Part shown: one piece after another, positions 23,400-36,199 of the stretch
How positions within the stretch are numbered: position 1 is the stretch's first letter
How the letters are laid out: each line of letters opens with the position of its first letter
NCBI RefSeq assembly: GCF_963921235.1
Contig: NC_086107.1
Coordinates: forward strand, 112,532,001 to 112,596,000
Direction: 5' to 3'
Source: Mobula hypostoma
Lineage: Eukaryota
Length of the DNA: 64,000 nt
Program-made: the position numbers and the translations under genes
The notes under the pieces: generated by a model
Database searches by the model: none
What the model saw: only the letters and a program-made list of their open reading frames with translations
Told to the model about the DNA's origin: nothing

Positions 23400-24078
23400 G
23401 AGGAGAAGATGGCGGCGCGACACAGCTTGCGTGGCCACTCCGGTGAATGATATCTGTAATCTGTCAAGTAGGGTGCCGTGCACAATCCTGAATTGATGGA
23501 GACAGACGTGAGAGAACGGAGGAACATATGGAGAAACTTCTGAAATGCCTTTTTCGCTGCCGCTGTTACTGTGTGATCCAGAATCTTCGGAGGGGAAGGC
23601 CCCGAATCCTTGGCTTTGCTTGTTGCTCGGCGGCCGGGGCCAGGGTCGAAGCGCTCGGCGGAGATGGTGCTCGGTGTCGAAGGGCTGGTCGGAGGCTCAA
23701 AGTTTTCGGATGGACTCAAGAGTCGGCTGTGGTTGGGTGCTTCCAATGCATCGACAGTTGTCAGTGCCTGGAGGTTTATGGCAGAGAGAGTTTCTCCCTT
23801 CTGCTGCCTGCTATCAGGGACTATCGGGAGTCGGTCGGAACTTTGAGACTTTTTTTTACCGTGCCCATGGTCTGCTCTTTATCAAATTATGGTATTGCTT
23901 TGCACTGCTGTAACTATATGTTATAATTATGTGGTCTTGTCAGTGTTAGTCTTTGGTTTGTCCTGGGGTTTTTTTGTGATATCACTCTGGAGGAACATTG
24001 TATCATTTCTTAATGCATGCATGCATTTCTAAATGACAATAAACGAGGACTGAGTGTCCTGATAATCTAATCTAATCT
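23400..24078 (+). mobile_element. Young CpG-rich non-coding retroposon with a Rex1-type (AATCT)n tail
   Basis: Starts GAGGAGAAGATGGCGGCG, ends GACAATAAA...AATCTAATCTAATCT, flanked by TAGGAG (23394-23399, 24079-24084); no credible ORF. Confidence 0.65.
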
Positions 24079-24674
24079 TAGGAGAACATCATACTCAACT
24101 TGAGTGAGCGCACCGGTAATGCTCTATATTCTAAACAACAGGCACAAAGTGCTGGAATAACTCCGCAGTTCAGGCAGCGCCGATGGAAAACAGTCCGATG
24201 TTTCGGGCCGAGACCCTTCATCAGCGCTGGAGAGGAAGCTGCTTCCGGCCGGAAGCCGGAGCAAGAAGGTGAGAGGGGGGAGCAGGGAGGTATAGAAGCT
24301 GACAGGTGATAAGTGAAGCCAAGTGAGGGGGAAGGTAGGGGGGTGGGTGTGAGAAGCTGAGAGGGGATAAATGGAAGAGGTAAAGGACAGAAGAAGAAGT
24401 ATATACTGTGCAAGGTTGTAGATTAGTTATCCAGTGCAAATTACCCCCGGTGCGATGAGACTGTGTGATAGAATGGGTTGCAGGTAGTATATATACAGAA
24501 TGGTATTGTTCTGCTAAGCAGTATAGACTCGATGGGCCAAGTGGTCTCTTTTTAATACATTGAAAGTAAAACTTTGAATCTAAGCCAGTTGTACGGGGCA
24601 AGTAACCCATTTGGATCTACTGTTCTCCTTGCGACTTTGAATGACCCTCTCGAGCTTAGCTCTCACGTGAGGGC

Positions 24675-24965
24675 GGGATGGTAGCAATGCGTTGCAGCAC
24701 AAGCTGTAGGATCAGGGGTCAATTCCCGCTGCTGTCTGTAAAGAGTTTGCACATTCTCCCCATGAGGCGTGGGTTTCCTCCGGGTGCTCTGGTTTCCGCC
24801 CACATTCCGAAGACGTACAGTTCAGGCCATGCTAGGTGGCACTGAAAACATGGTGATGCTTGTGGCTGCCACCAGCACAATCCTCGGTGAGTTGATTTGA
24901 GGTAAACGGCGCACGTCACTGTCTGTTTCCATGTACATGTGACAAATAAAGCTAATTTAGTATCA
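24675..24965 (+). mobile_element. V-SINE (HE1-like)
   Basis: B-box-like GGTCAATTCC, V-core GCGTGGGTTTCCTCCGGGTGCTCTGGTTTCC, tail ACATGTGACAAATAAAGCTAAT. Confidence 0.75.
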
Positions 24966-25810
24966 TCTAATCGTCAGTATATGAATGTTGTATTAAAGAT
25001 GTGTGCAAAAACTGCAGATGCTCAAAATCTGAAATAAAGATAGAAAATGCCGGAACACTCAGCTGGTCAGGTAGCCTCTGGAGGGAGAGAAACAAAAGGT
25101 TAACAACTCTGCTTGCTGCCCTTTCGTCAAATCTCAAGCAGTTTGCTATCTGAGGAAGTCGTCGTTGCTTTCGTTGTTACTGAGGAAACTTGAGAATCCA
25201 AAATATTATTATGTTTTCTTCTTCAGCACAGGTTTACTTGTGTCAGTAGCTGCAGTATCGAATATTGAAAAGCTTAAATAGAGTGGACATGGAGAGGATG
25301 TTTCCAACAGTGGGAGAGTCTAGGACTAGAGTGCACAGCCTCAGAATATGAGGATAGCTGCTTAATTGGTCCAAATGTACTAGTCCCAATGTGTCCCAAT
25401 TATCCAGAATCCACTGTACATCCAATATGCCCTGTCCTGAAAAATATCTATGACTAGGAGCTTCGCCAATGGTCTGGGCATCAAACTCCAGCTGTTGCTC
25501 ATACAGGCCTAGGTTCAGGTGACCTGGCCCCTAAGTTACCAGGAACACATGGATCCTATTACATCGCTTCCTGGAGAGAGAGGTTGAGTAAGCTCGGACT
25601 TCATTCAAAGTTCGAAAGTTCAAAGTGCATTTTATCGAAGTATGTATACATTATACAATCTTGAAATTCATCTCCTTACAGGCAGCCATGGAACAAAGAA
25701 ACCCTAAAGAACCCAGTAAAAGCAAAGGAAAACCGTCAAACACCTGGCGGGCAGAGAGAGAGGAAAAACAATCGTGCAAAACAATAAAAGGAAGCAAACA
25801 GCGTTCGGAA

Positions 25811-25924
25811 ACAACAGGAATTCTGCAGATGCTGGAAATTCAAGCAACACACATAAAAGTTGCTGGTGAACGCAGCAGGCCAGGCAGCATCTCTAGGAAG
25901 AGGTGCTGCCTGGCCTGCTGTGTT
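25811..25924. mobile_element. 114-bp Penelope terminal insertion with a short fold-back hairpin
   Basis: 15-bp TSD AAACAGCGTTCGGAA (25796-25810, 25925-25939); internal AACGCAGCAGGCCAGGCAGCA...TGCTGCCTGGCCTGCTGTGTT. Confidence 0.85.
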
Positions 25925-26171
25925 AAACAGCGTTCGGAACTGAAGTTCGCAGAACCAGATATCGCTCCAGCCGATCTAGATGTCCACTAGTTGCAGGCCA
26001 CAGCTGCAGACAAGCATAGAGTCGAGCAAACTCCAGAGAGCAGCGAGCTGAACCAGCCCGTCTCTGACACCCCGGCCATTTCAATCTGGCCCGGCGCTTA
26101 AATCATCCAAACCTCAGGTCGCTCCTCACTCTCGGACTTGGGCTCAGCCACTTCGATATGGCCAGTACCCA

Positions 26172-27045
26172 AGAAGAAGATGGCGCCAGTGAACTACGCT
26201 ACCAAAGGCAACATCCTCAAGATGATTCAGGAAATAATTCCTTTCACTTCTCTTAGATCTTTTGTATTTCAGATATGGTTCTACCACTGTTAGAGCTGGT
26301 TACCTACATCCTGGGAGTGTGATCCCGGGCCGACTGAGCGATCTGGCACTTGGCTGGCTCCGAGAGTGTTCCACGAGGCTGCGTTAAAGCATGCGGTGTG
26401 GAGGCCAGGAAGCCTGGAGATGGGGCACGAGGCCGTGATCAACTCCATCTCTCGCCGATTAAAGCGTCGAGGAAGATTGAAATCATCGCGGTGGATGCGG
26501 AGGGCAAGCGAGTGTTCAGCGCCAACTACCGGCCTCTCACTCGCTGCTGTCAGAGAAGGGCGTCTGCACGTGGCGACCTCTCTCTCTCATTCGCTCGCTA
26601 CTCCCGAGGGAAGGTCTTTGCATTTGAGTGATCTCTCACTCTCCCTCTCCCTCCCTCCCTCTCTCCCTCGATGCTGGCAGCGGACGGTGCCGTAGGAAGG
26701 TTTAAGCGACGTAGATTGTAGATTTGGACTCTAATTCGGTTTTCATGATTTGATCTTGTTCTGGTCGCTCTTTTTCTTGTTACTTAATGTTGGGTGATTT
26801 TTGAATCAGGACAGCCTGCAGATAATGAAAACTGAGCTGAACTGAAATGCGCCTTTTCCGTTTTATATTCTGTGTGTTTTGCACCAATTTTGCAGTGATT
26901 TGCGTGATTTTTTTCGCACACGGGTTTGATATTTGAAGTTTTTCATTGAATGGGGTGGTTCCACGGTTATTCACTGCTCCGTGACTGTCTGTGGGGAAGA
27001 TGAATTTGAGAATAAATACTTTGAGAATGAATGTACTTTGACCTG
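26172..27045 (+). mobile_element. CpG-rich non-coding retroposon-like repeat; related copy at about 56640-57325
   Basis: Starts AAGAAGATGGCGCC; shares GTGTTCAGCGCC...TACCGGCCT.TC...GCTGCTG core and CTGTCTGTGGG.AAGATGAA...ATGTACTTTGA tail with 56640-57325. Confidence 0.55.
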
Positions 27046-27539
27046 GAGGACAGCTACTCCCCTTCAACCTTTCGGCAGATGGCGAATCACTGCAGCTCAG
27101 TCCAACACTGAGACCACTTTGATCACCTTGCACTAAAATAGATATTTTTTTAAATTCTAATTGTTTAACAGATGTTTTTCCTGCGAATGCTTCCTTTCTG
27201 ATGCCGTGTGCCTGCGATGCTGCGGCAACTGAGTTTTTCACTGGACCTGTGCAGGCGACAGTAAACTTGACTTTGTGTATGGAATGAGCTGGCTGAGAAA
27301 GTTGTTGAGGAAGGTACATTAGCAATGCTTTGACGGCAGGTACATTGGTGGGAGAGGTTTAATGGGATATGGGCTAGGATGGGGCAAATGGAGTGGGCTG
27401 ATCAGAATGAACAAGATGGGCTGAAGGGCCTGTTTCTGCACTGTGTTGCTTTATGACTCTAAAGTGGTGGCTAATCAAGAAAGACTAGTCTATCCATTTA
27501 CCAGCCTTGGTGTTTGGCCACTCATTATGAATGTTATTT

Positions 27540-27826
27540 ATTTATTTATTCGTTTATTTATTTATTGAGGCCCTTCAATCCGCGCTGCCCAGCAACCGCC
27601 AATATAACCCTAGCCTCAACATGGGACAACTTACAATGACCAATTAACCTACCAATCAGTATGTCTTTTTTGGACTGTGGGAGGAAACCCGAGCAGCTGG
27701 AGGAAACCCGGGCAGTCACTGGGAGATACGTGCAAGCTCCTTCCAGACGGCGCTGGAACTGAAGTCGGGACTCTGGAACGCCCCCGAGCTGTAATAGCGT
27801 CACGCTGACCACTACGTTACCACAGT
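27540..27826 (-). mobile_element. V-SINE (HE1-like) with (TTTA)n tail
   Basis: Reverse V-core GGGAGGAAACCCGAGCAGCTGGAGGAAACCC; (TTTA)n at about 27533-27566. Confidence 0.75.
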
Positions 27827-28259
27827 GCCATTTATGCAGAGAAGTAGGACATTTCACCCACAGAGCAATTCACCCGTCAGAATTCGCCATACCTTGCCCG
27901 TTAAACTTCCGCCTTCAAATGCCCAATTTCACTTTACAAGCCACAATTGAACCTGCTTTGACCAAAATCGCAGCTCTAGACCATTTGGCTAATATCGAAA
28001 TTGTTCGACAACGGTCTGAAAGGAAGCACGCTGCTAAATGAGACTTTACTGGGCCAATACCGCACTGGACTTCAGTTGCCTTATTTCTGCTCAAGTCTCT
28101 GAAGTGAGACTAATACTTTCTAGACTTTCACTCTGCTGCAGGTATAAAATAGCCTGTTTAGTGCCATTGTTGTACTTCTAGACATCAATCATGTGTTTCA
28201 ATCTCAAAGTAATTTTATTATCAAAGTACACACTTTGATATTTAGTAATCATACTTTCA

Positions 28260-28877
28260 CACTCAGTGGCCACTTTATTAGGTACACCTGTACACCTGCT
28301 CGTTAATGCAAATTTCCAATCAGCCAATCATGTGGCAGCAACTCAATACATAAAAGCATGCAGGCATGGTCAAGAGGTTCAGTTGTTGTTCAGACCAGAC
28401 ATCAGAATGGGGGAGAAATGTGATCTAAGTGCCTTTGACCGTGGAAGGATTGCTGGTGCCAGACGGGGTGGTTTGAGTATCTCAGAAACAGCTGATCTCC
28501 TGCGATTTTCACGCACAGAAGTTTCTAGAGTTTCAAGGCTCAAGGTACACTCATTATCAAAGTATGTATGCAGTATACAACTCCGAGATTCATCTTACAG
28601 AGAATGGAGCGAAAAGCAAAATAAAAATCCAGTGAGAAGCAGTTCTGCGGCTGAAAATGCCCTGTTAATGAGAGAGGTCAGAGGAGAATGGCCAGACAGA
28701 TTGAAGCTGACAGGAAGATGACAGTAACTCAAATAACCACACATTCCAACAGTGGTGTGCAGAAGAGCATCTCTGAATGCACAACACGTCAAACCTACAG
28801 CGGCCAGAAGATCACAAACATACACTCAGTGGCCACATTATTATGTACAGAAGGTAACAAATAAAGTGGCCACTGTG
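28260..28877 (+). mobile_element. Tc1-like internally deleted DNA transposon
   Basis: TIRs CACTCAGTGGCCACTTTATTAGGTAC and ATAAAGTGGCCACTGTG; MGEKCDLSAFDRGRIAGARRGGLSISETADLL remnant. Confidence 0.85.
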
Positions 28878-29675
28878 TATATTTCACTATATGCAACCTT
28901 GAGGTTCATTTTTTGCAGGCATTTACAGGAAAATAAAAAAAATACAACAGAATTTATGAAAAACTATAAATAACATAGATTGACAAATAATCAATGTGCA
29001 AGAGAAGGCAGAGTGTGCAAAAATAAACTGTTAATAAATAATACAGAGAACATGAGCTGTACAGTCCTTGAAAGCGAGTGTCTGTAGGTTGTGAGTGAAA
29101 TCACTTGCAAGGTGGAAGTGACACGTGAGGGCCTCTGTTGGTCTGGGGCAACCATGGATGTTGCATCCCAGCTGCCTAGATACGCAAGCCAGGGCAGTAC
29201 AATATGGAGAGCAAGCTGTTGCCCATGCAGCAGGCTCCCCCTCTCCACATAGCTGCTGAACCCAAAGGAACGGCAGAGACCAATACGGTTTGGTACCGGT
29301 GAGGTCGCAGGAGCCCCGTTTGCCTGAAGCAACTGGCTATAAGGCGCCATTGCCTATTCTCCAGTCAATAGAAACAGTTCCACCAGGCTTAGCAGCTAAG
29401 CCACACATGAAGGCCAGGAGCTGGACTTGGTTGTCAGAGGCTATTTGGGATGCACACCGTTGGGAGCATTTAATAGGCAGTGGGAGCTTATCCCCACCAC
29501 CTCCCCTCACCAATGACAACTTTAAAGAAACATGTAGCACTTACATTTGGGAATAATACAAGAGATATCCATGCTTGATTGACAATTCAGAATCATCCCA
29601 TCATGCCACTTGGAAGGCGGGATGCAGTGTGATGGACGGGTCTGAAGTCCAATGGGGGAGTGAGGGTCGGAGGTC

Positions 29676-29928
29676 ATAGAAACATAGAAACATAGAAAAT
29701 AGGTGCAGGAGTAGGCCATTCGGCCCTTCGAGCCTGCACTGCCATTTATTATGATCATGGCTGATCATCCAACTCAGAACCCTGCACCAGCCTTCTCTCC
29801 ATACCCCCTGACCCCTGTAGCCACAAGGGCCATATCTAACTCCCTCTTAAATATAGCCAATGAACTGGCCTCAACTGTTTCCTGTGGCAGAGAATTCCAC
29901 AGATTCACCACTCTCTGTGTGAAGAAGT
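29676..29928 (-). mobile_element. CR1 3' end
   Basis: (CATAGAAA)n tail and reverse-strand FTQRVVNLWNSLP segment. Confidence 0.8.
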
Positions 29929-30749
29929 CATGGGGGAACTGGTTCAGAACCCCATCGGTATAAAAATAAAACTTCCCTGAAGCAGCAACTGGTTCTTGTT
30001 GCTATTGACATCAACTACCTTATTAAAGTTGTCACATCAGCCTCCCCTAGTGGTACACAGACACCACTTAACATCGCATTGAAGTCACAAATCAGAAGAA
30101 CGCAGTCTAACCTAGAAAGAATTCTGCAAGAGCTGCGAAGTGTGTTAAAAAAAACAGTATCCGGAATTCAGGGATGGAAGGGGATGTTATCCTAGTTTCC
30201 CATTCCTGATCAACGTCTAGTGACAGCAACAGGTTTAATTTTAATTTTTTTAATTAATTTTTGATTTCGAAATACAGTGCAGAGTGGGCCCTTGTGGCCC
30301 ACCAAGCCACGCCACCCAGAGACCCACCAATTTTAACCCTGGACTAACTATGGGACAACTTACAATGATCAATTAACCTACTAATCGGTACGACTTCGGA
30401 CTGTGGGAGGAAACCGGAGAATCCGGCAGAAACCCACGCGGTCACAGGAAAGACGTACGATCTGCCTCACAGAGGACACCAGAAGTGAACTGTGAACTCC
30501 GATGCCCCGTTGTGCTAACTGCTACGGTACCATGGTTCCCTAAAGTTAATGTGCACTTTTATAGCATCTTTCACATTGTCCAATGGCTAACGTAATCATC
30601 TGTTAAAGACAGGGTACGCTCGGCAAGATCCAACAAGAAGCGGTGTGTTAGTGATCATGTTGTGAGATCGCACATGGGTCAGTAAATTCCCTAAAATCAG
30701 GGGTGGTTCCTGTAACTCCTGTATTTGAAAACGCAGGGGATTATAGGCC

Positions 30750-31294
30750 ATCAGACCATAAGAGAGAGGAGCAGAATGAGGACATTCGGCCCGTCAAGTC
30801 CACTCCACCATTCCATCATGGCTGGTTTATCAACCCCCTCAACGCCATTCCCCAGCCTTCTCCCCGTAGCCTTTGAAACCCTGACTGATCAAAAGCCTAT
30901 CAATCTCCACCTTAAATACACTCAATGACTTGGCCTCCACAGCCCTGTGTAATAATGATGCAGCAGACACTAGCTAAAAAAATTCCTCCTCATCTCTATT
31001 CTAAATAGATGTCCTTGAGTTCTGGGGCTGTGCCCTCTGGTCCTAGACTCCCCCCAGGAAACATCCTCTCCACATTCACTCTATCTAGGCCTTTCAATAT
31101 TTCAATGGTTTCAATGAGATCCCCCCTCTTTCTTCTAGATTCCAGTGAGCGCAGGCCCAGAGCCATCAAACGCAGCTCACACATTAACCTTTCCATTCCC
31201 GAAATCATTCTCATGAATCTCCTCTGGACCCTCTCCAATGCCAGCACATCCTTTCTTAGATATTCCAAATGTATTCTGACCAATGCCTTATAAA
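30750..31294 (-). mobile_element. CR1 3' fragment
   Basis: LYKALVRIHLEY..LRKDVLALERVQRRFMRMI...RGDLIETIEILKG. Confidence 0.85.
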
Positions 31295-31769
31295 GCCACT
31301 TGGAAGGCGGGACACAGTGTGATGGACTGGGCATTATGTTAATATGGAAGTCAGTAGCGAAAGGTAAATTTACAAGGTAATTCATCGAATCATAGAATCA
31401 GGGAGCAAACAAGTGCAGAATTAGGCCCTTCAGCCCATCTAGTCTGTCAAACTGTTCTGCATAGTCCCAGTAATGCACACCTGGACCAATTGCTCTCCGT
31501 AGTCCTCCCAGCCATGTCCCTACCCAAACTTCTCATGAACGTTGAAATTGAACCCACATCCACCACTTGTGCTGGCAGCTCGTCCCACACCCTGAGGGAA
31601 GATATTTCTCCCTCGGCTTTCCCTAACCAGACAGGTGTCAACATGAAAGGCAAGTCACATTCAACTAACTCATTGCAGTTTGTTGAAGGAGAATGTGATG
31701 TGGGGTACGGGGAACGTGTGGGTGGACTATATTTTGATTTCCGGAAGGCATTCGATAAGGCATTGATAT

Positions 31770-32398
31770 CATCTCCCTGAACAAGAAGGCACAGCAGTGC
31801 CTCCACTCCCTGAGGAGATTGAGGTAAGCAAGGCTCCACCCCTCTCCCCCAATTCTTAACTGAATCTTACAGGGCCACCATTGAGAGTATCCTGAGAAGC
31901 TGCTTCTCCATCTGGTATGGGAGCAGCCGAGCATCGGACTGGAAGTCCCTACAAAGGACTGTGAGAACAGCCTAGGGGTCTCCCTACCATCCACTGGGGA
32001 CTTTTAACAGGAGCCCTTAGTATTATCAAGGCTCCCACCCATCCACCCAGCATCCTCTTTGACTTTCTACCATCAGGCAGGAGACTCTGATGCATAAAGA
32101 CAAGAACGGTCAGGATAGGAAACAGTTTCTTCCCTCAGGCTATTAGGCTTCTGAACTCCCTGCCGCATTGCATTCGAAATATCACCAATTAATCTGTTCT
32201 GTACCTATTTAATTTATGCACTTTAGTTTGTTTATTTATGTATAATTCACCTGCAGATTTTATCCTTACTTTCATTAAGTTATTCTGTGATCTGTGTACT
32301 ACTGTGTTTTACACCCTGGTCCGGAGAAACGTTGTCTCATTTGACGGTATACATGGATACGGTTAAATGACAATAAACTTGGCCTTGACTTGACTTGA
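31770..32398 (+). mobile_element. Rex1/Babar 3' fragment inserted in an old CR1 RT remnant (FDFRKAFDK at about 31730-31760)
   Basis: Same subfamily as 15185-17450; GACAATAAA...(CTTGA)n tail. Confidence 0.75.
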
Positions 32399-32569
32399 TC
32401 AATGACTATTAAGCTAATAAAGACTCATGGTGTGGGAGGCAACTTATTGACATGGACAGTAGAATGGGGGGCTAACAGGACGGAGAGTAGAAAGAGGTCA
32501 TTCCTCTGACTGGCAAGATGTATCGAGTGATTGGTCCTGGGACCTCAACTTCTTACAAGAACTAGCATT

Positions 32570-33300
32570 CTTCAACATGCTTGTCAGTAGAAACACAGAC
32601 AGCACTTTGGGAACTTCCGTTCATCGTAAGGAAACACACACAGATCAGATCCTAATCTATCTCAGCAGCCTCCCAAATGCACACAAGGAGAGCTGATCAA
32701 AACTTTGTTCCGAAGAGCAGAGACACACTAAACAGCACGGCAGAACTAAAGGATGAAGAGAACAAACATCTCATTAAAGTATTCGCACAAAGCGGATACC
32801 CGTAGAACTTCATACGAAGATGCCTACGAGGTTGACAGTGCACCAACCAAAAAGCAACCAGACATTGTGATTCCATTCATTTGAAATATCTTGGAAATGA
32901 CGGCCCAACTACTCCAAGAACGTGGAATTTCAGTCACACAAAAGCCAACAGAAACATTGAAGAGAGTACTTTGCAAAAGCTGGTAAACAAAACCAGCGTT
33001 GTCTACAAAATCCAATGTGGAGACTGCCACAAATATTACGCCTACAAGGATCCATGAACATCAATTGGCTGTCAAGCAGCATAACCAACCCTTCTTGGTC
33101 TCTACACATGAAGATCCAGAGGGGCACAAATTCGACTGGGCATCAGTGAACGTCATGGCACAAACAAACACACAGCACTCCTAGAAGAATTCCTAGAAGC
33201 ATAGTTTTCCGTGAACAATTCTGTAAGCAAACACGTAGACCTCAATCCTTTTTATGAGCCAATGAAGGCAAAATTCCTGACCACAATGTACAAAGTTCAC
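32570..33300 (+). mobile_element. Degenerate Penelope-like element of a second family (RT C-terminus + GIY-YIG)
   Basis: Remnant motifs VHRKETHTDQIL and VVYKIQCGDCHKYY, then RIHEHQLAVK...HKFDW. Confidence 0.6.
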
Positions 33301-33883
33301 CACACAGGCAATCAGCAAAGACATTTGTTGACTGGAGTAAGAGGTATAGATAGAGAGTACAGCCAGATAGACTTTATCCCAGGGAAGAACTAGCTAATGC
33401 AAGAGGCCATAATTTTGGTGGAAGGTTACTGAGGTAGTTTTTTTTTACACACAGAGTGGTAGATGTGTGGAACACCCTGCCAGGAGTTTTAGTAGAGCCA
33501 GATACTTTGGGGAGATTTAAGAGACTCTTAGGCACATGGCTGACAGGAAAATGGAGGGTTATGGGGGAAGATTGAGCTTAGAGTAAGTTAAAAGGTCAGC
33601 ACAAAAATCGTGGGCCGAATACCCTTTACTCTGCTGTACTGTTCTCTACGTTCTGAGGCATCGAAGATACAAATCAGAATCAAAACCAGGTTTAGTATCA
33701 CTGACATGTGTCATGAAATTTATTGCTGTGCATGTAGTGCAATAGATAACAAATATATTATAAATACAGTAGGAAAATGCATAAAAATAAATAAGTCATG
33801 CAAAAAGAGTGAGGTAGTTTTCAAGGGTTCAGTCATTGTCCATCCAGAAATCTAATGGTGGAGGGGAAGGAGCTGTTCATAAA

Positions 33884-34568
33884 ATGTGTGTGTGTAAGTG
33901 TGTGTGTGTGTGTGTGAGTGTGTGTGTGTGCGTGCGAGTGTGTGTACACGTGTGTGTGTGAGTGTGTGTGTGCATGTGTGTGTGTGTGTGTGCGTGTGTG
34001 CGTGTGTGTGTATGAGTATGTGTATGTGCGCACGAGTGTGTGTATGCGTGTGTGTGAGTGTGTGTGTGTGAGTATGTGTGTGTGTGCGTGCGTGTGTGTG
34101 TGAGTGTGTGTGTGCGTGCGTGTGTGTGTGCAAGTGTGTGTGTGCTGCGTGTGTGCGTGCATGTGTGTGCGTGAGTGTGTGTGTGTGAGTGTGTGTGTAA
34201 GTGTGTGCGCGCGTGTGTGTACACGTGTGTGTGTGTGCGTGCGTGTGTGTGTGCGCGTGTGTGTGCGCGTGTGTGTGTGCGCGTGTGTGTGTAAGTGTGA
34301 GTGTGTGTATGAGTATGTGTGTGCGCGCGAGTGTGTGTACATGTGTGTGTGAGTGTGTGTGTGTGTGTGCGAGTGTGTGTGTAAGTGTGAGTGTGTGTAT
34401 GAGTATGTGTGTGTGCGCGCGAGTGTGTGTACACGTGTGTGTGTACGCGTGTGTGTGTGAGTGTGTGTGTGTGGATGTGTGTGTGTGAATGCGTGCGTGT
34501 GCGTGTGTGAGTGTGTGTGTGGATGTGTGTGTGTGCGTGCGTGTGTGTGTGTGTGTGGATGTGTGTGC

Positions 34569-34618
<50 letters not shown>
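33884..34618. repeat. Compound (TG)n microsatellite of about 735 bp with CG/AG/TA interruptions
   Basis: Seen directly; explains the THTH and CVCV ORFs. Confidence 0.97.
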
Positions 34619-34621
<3 letters not shown>

Positions 34622-35449
34622 TTTCTGTGTCTTCAAGCTGACGGTAGTAACGAGGAGACAGCACGTTTGCCAAATTTGCTGATGCCACTAAGAAAGGCAG
34701 GAAAGTAAGCTGTGAAGGAGACTACGAAGGGACACAGGTAGTTAAGTGGGTGGGCAAAGATCCAGCAACGTGTGAAATAATGATATTTTACATCTTCACA
34801 GGGGGAAGAAATGTAAAAAGCATATTATCTGTGGCGATGGGCTGCGACGCTCTGCGACGCAGAGGGATCTGGGTGATTTAATCCACAATTCACAGAAGGC
34901 TAGCATGCAGATCGAGCATATAATGAGGAAACATAACAAAATGTATAGTTAAATGCCAGGGGAACTGAATATAAAAATAGGCAGGTTATGCTTCAGTAAC
35001 ACGTAGCACTGGCGATGCATGTTCAGTACTGGGTCTCCTTATTTAAGGAATTATTAGCTGCACTGGAAGCGGATCAGAGAAGGTTTACATCGAAATGTAG
35101 GTAACAGGAACAAGAGGAGACCAGTCACGACTTGAATGTACTCCAACATTCAATACAATCATGGCTGATCCAGTCTTGGCCCCAGTATCACCTTTCAGCT
35201 CTACGCCAGAAACCTCAATTCCCTTGTGGGTTAAATGCCTGTTAACCTCCAAGTTGATTATATTCATCAGCTCTGCCTTCGCCGTTCTAGTTTGAGATTT
35301 CCAAAAATGCACAATTTTCTGAGAGATGTTCTCTCCTCACTTACATCTGAAAAGGGTCACATTTTAATCTGAAACTTTGCTCCCTATTTCTAGATAACAC
35401 CATTAAGGATACAGTACATATTCTCGGGATCCACCCTCAGAATCCTATA

Positions 35450-35987
35450 CATCCAGTGGCCATTTTATTAGGTACACAAATATCTAATCAGCCAGTCATG
35501 TGGCAGGAACTCAATGCATAAAGCATGCAGACATGGTCAAGAGGTTCAGTTGTAGTTCTGACCAAACGTCTTAATGGGGAAAAATGTGACCTAAGTGACT
35601 TGGACCGTGGAATGGTAGTTGGCGCCAGATGGGGTGCTTTGAGTATCCCAGAAACTGCCGATTTCCTGGGATTTTCACATACAACAGTCTCTAGAGTTTG
35701 CAGAGAATGGTGCAAGAAACAAAAAGCATCCAGTGATCAGCAGTTCTGTGGGTGAAAAAGCTTTGCTATTGAGAGAGGAGAATGGTCAGACTGGTTCAAG
35801 CTGACAGGAAACCGATGGTATCTCAAATAATCCCCCGTTACAACAGTGGTGTGCAGAAGAGCATCTCTTAATGCACAACACATTGAACCTTGAAGTGGAT
35901 GGGCTGGAGCAGCAGAAGACCATGAACATACGCTCAGTGGCCACTTTATTCTGTACAGGAGGTATCTAATCAAGTAGCCACTGAGTG
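35450..35987 (+). mobile_element. Tc1-like internally deleted DNA transposon
   Basis: GEKCDLSDLDRGMVVGARWGALSIPETADFLG remnant; right TIR ...GTAGCCACTGAGTG|TA. Confidence 0.8.
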
Positions 35988-36199
35988 TATGTTACAGTAA
36001 GTTCTTCTCTCGTGTTTCTAGACTCCACTGAATGCAGTCCATTCTGCTTGATCCTTCTTCATACGCCGACTTCTTCATCCCAAGAATCAGCCTAATGAAC
36101 CTTATCCATCCTTAGTTACGGAGATAAAACTAGATGCAGTACCTCAGACGTGCCTGCGACGTTTCGTCACAACTTCCTCCTTTATAGTCTCCCGTTTGG

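Noticed and set aside
23375..23926. CpG island or promoter with overlapping ORFs
   Set aside because: CpG richness is confined to a TSD-flanked, tailed retroposon, and the ORFs have no recognisable motifs.
33833..34708. His/Thr-rich and Cys/Val-rich ORFs
   Set aside because: Translations of the (TG)n microsatellite.
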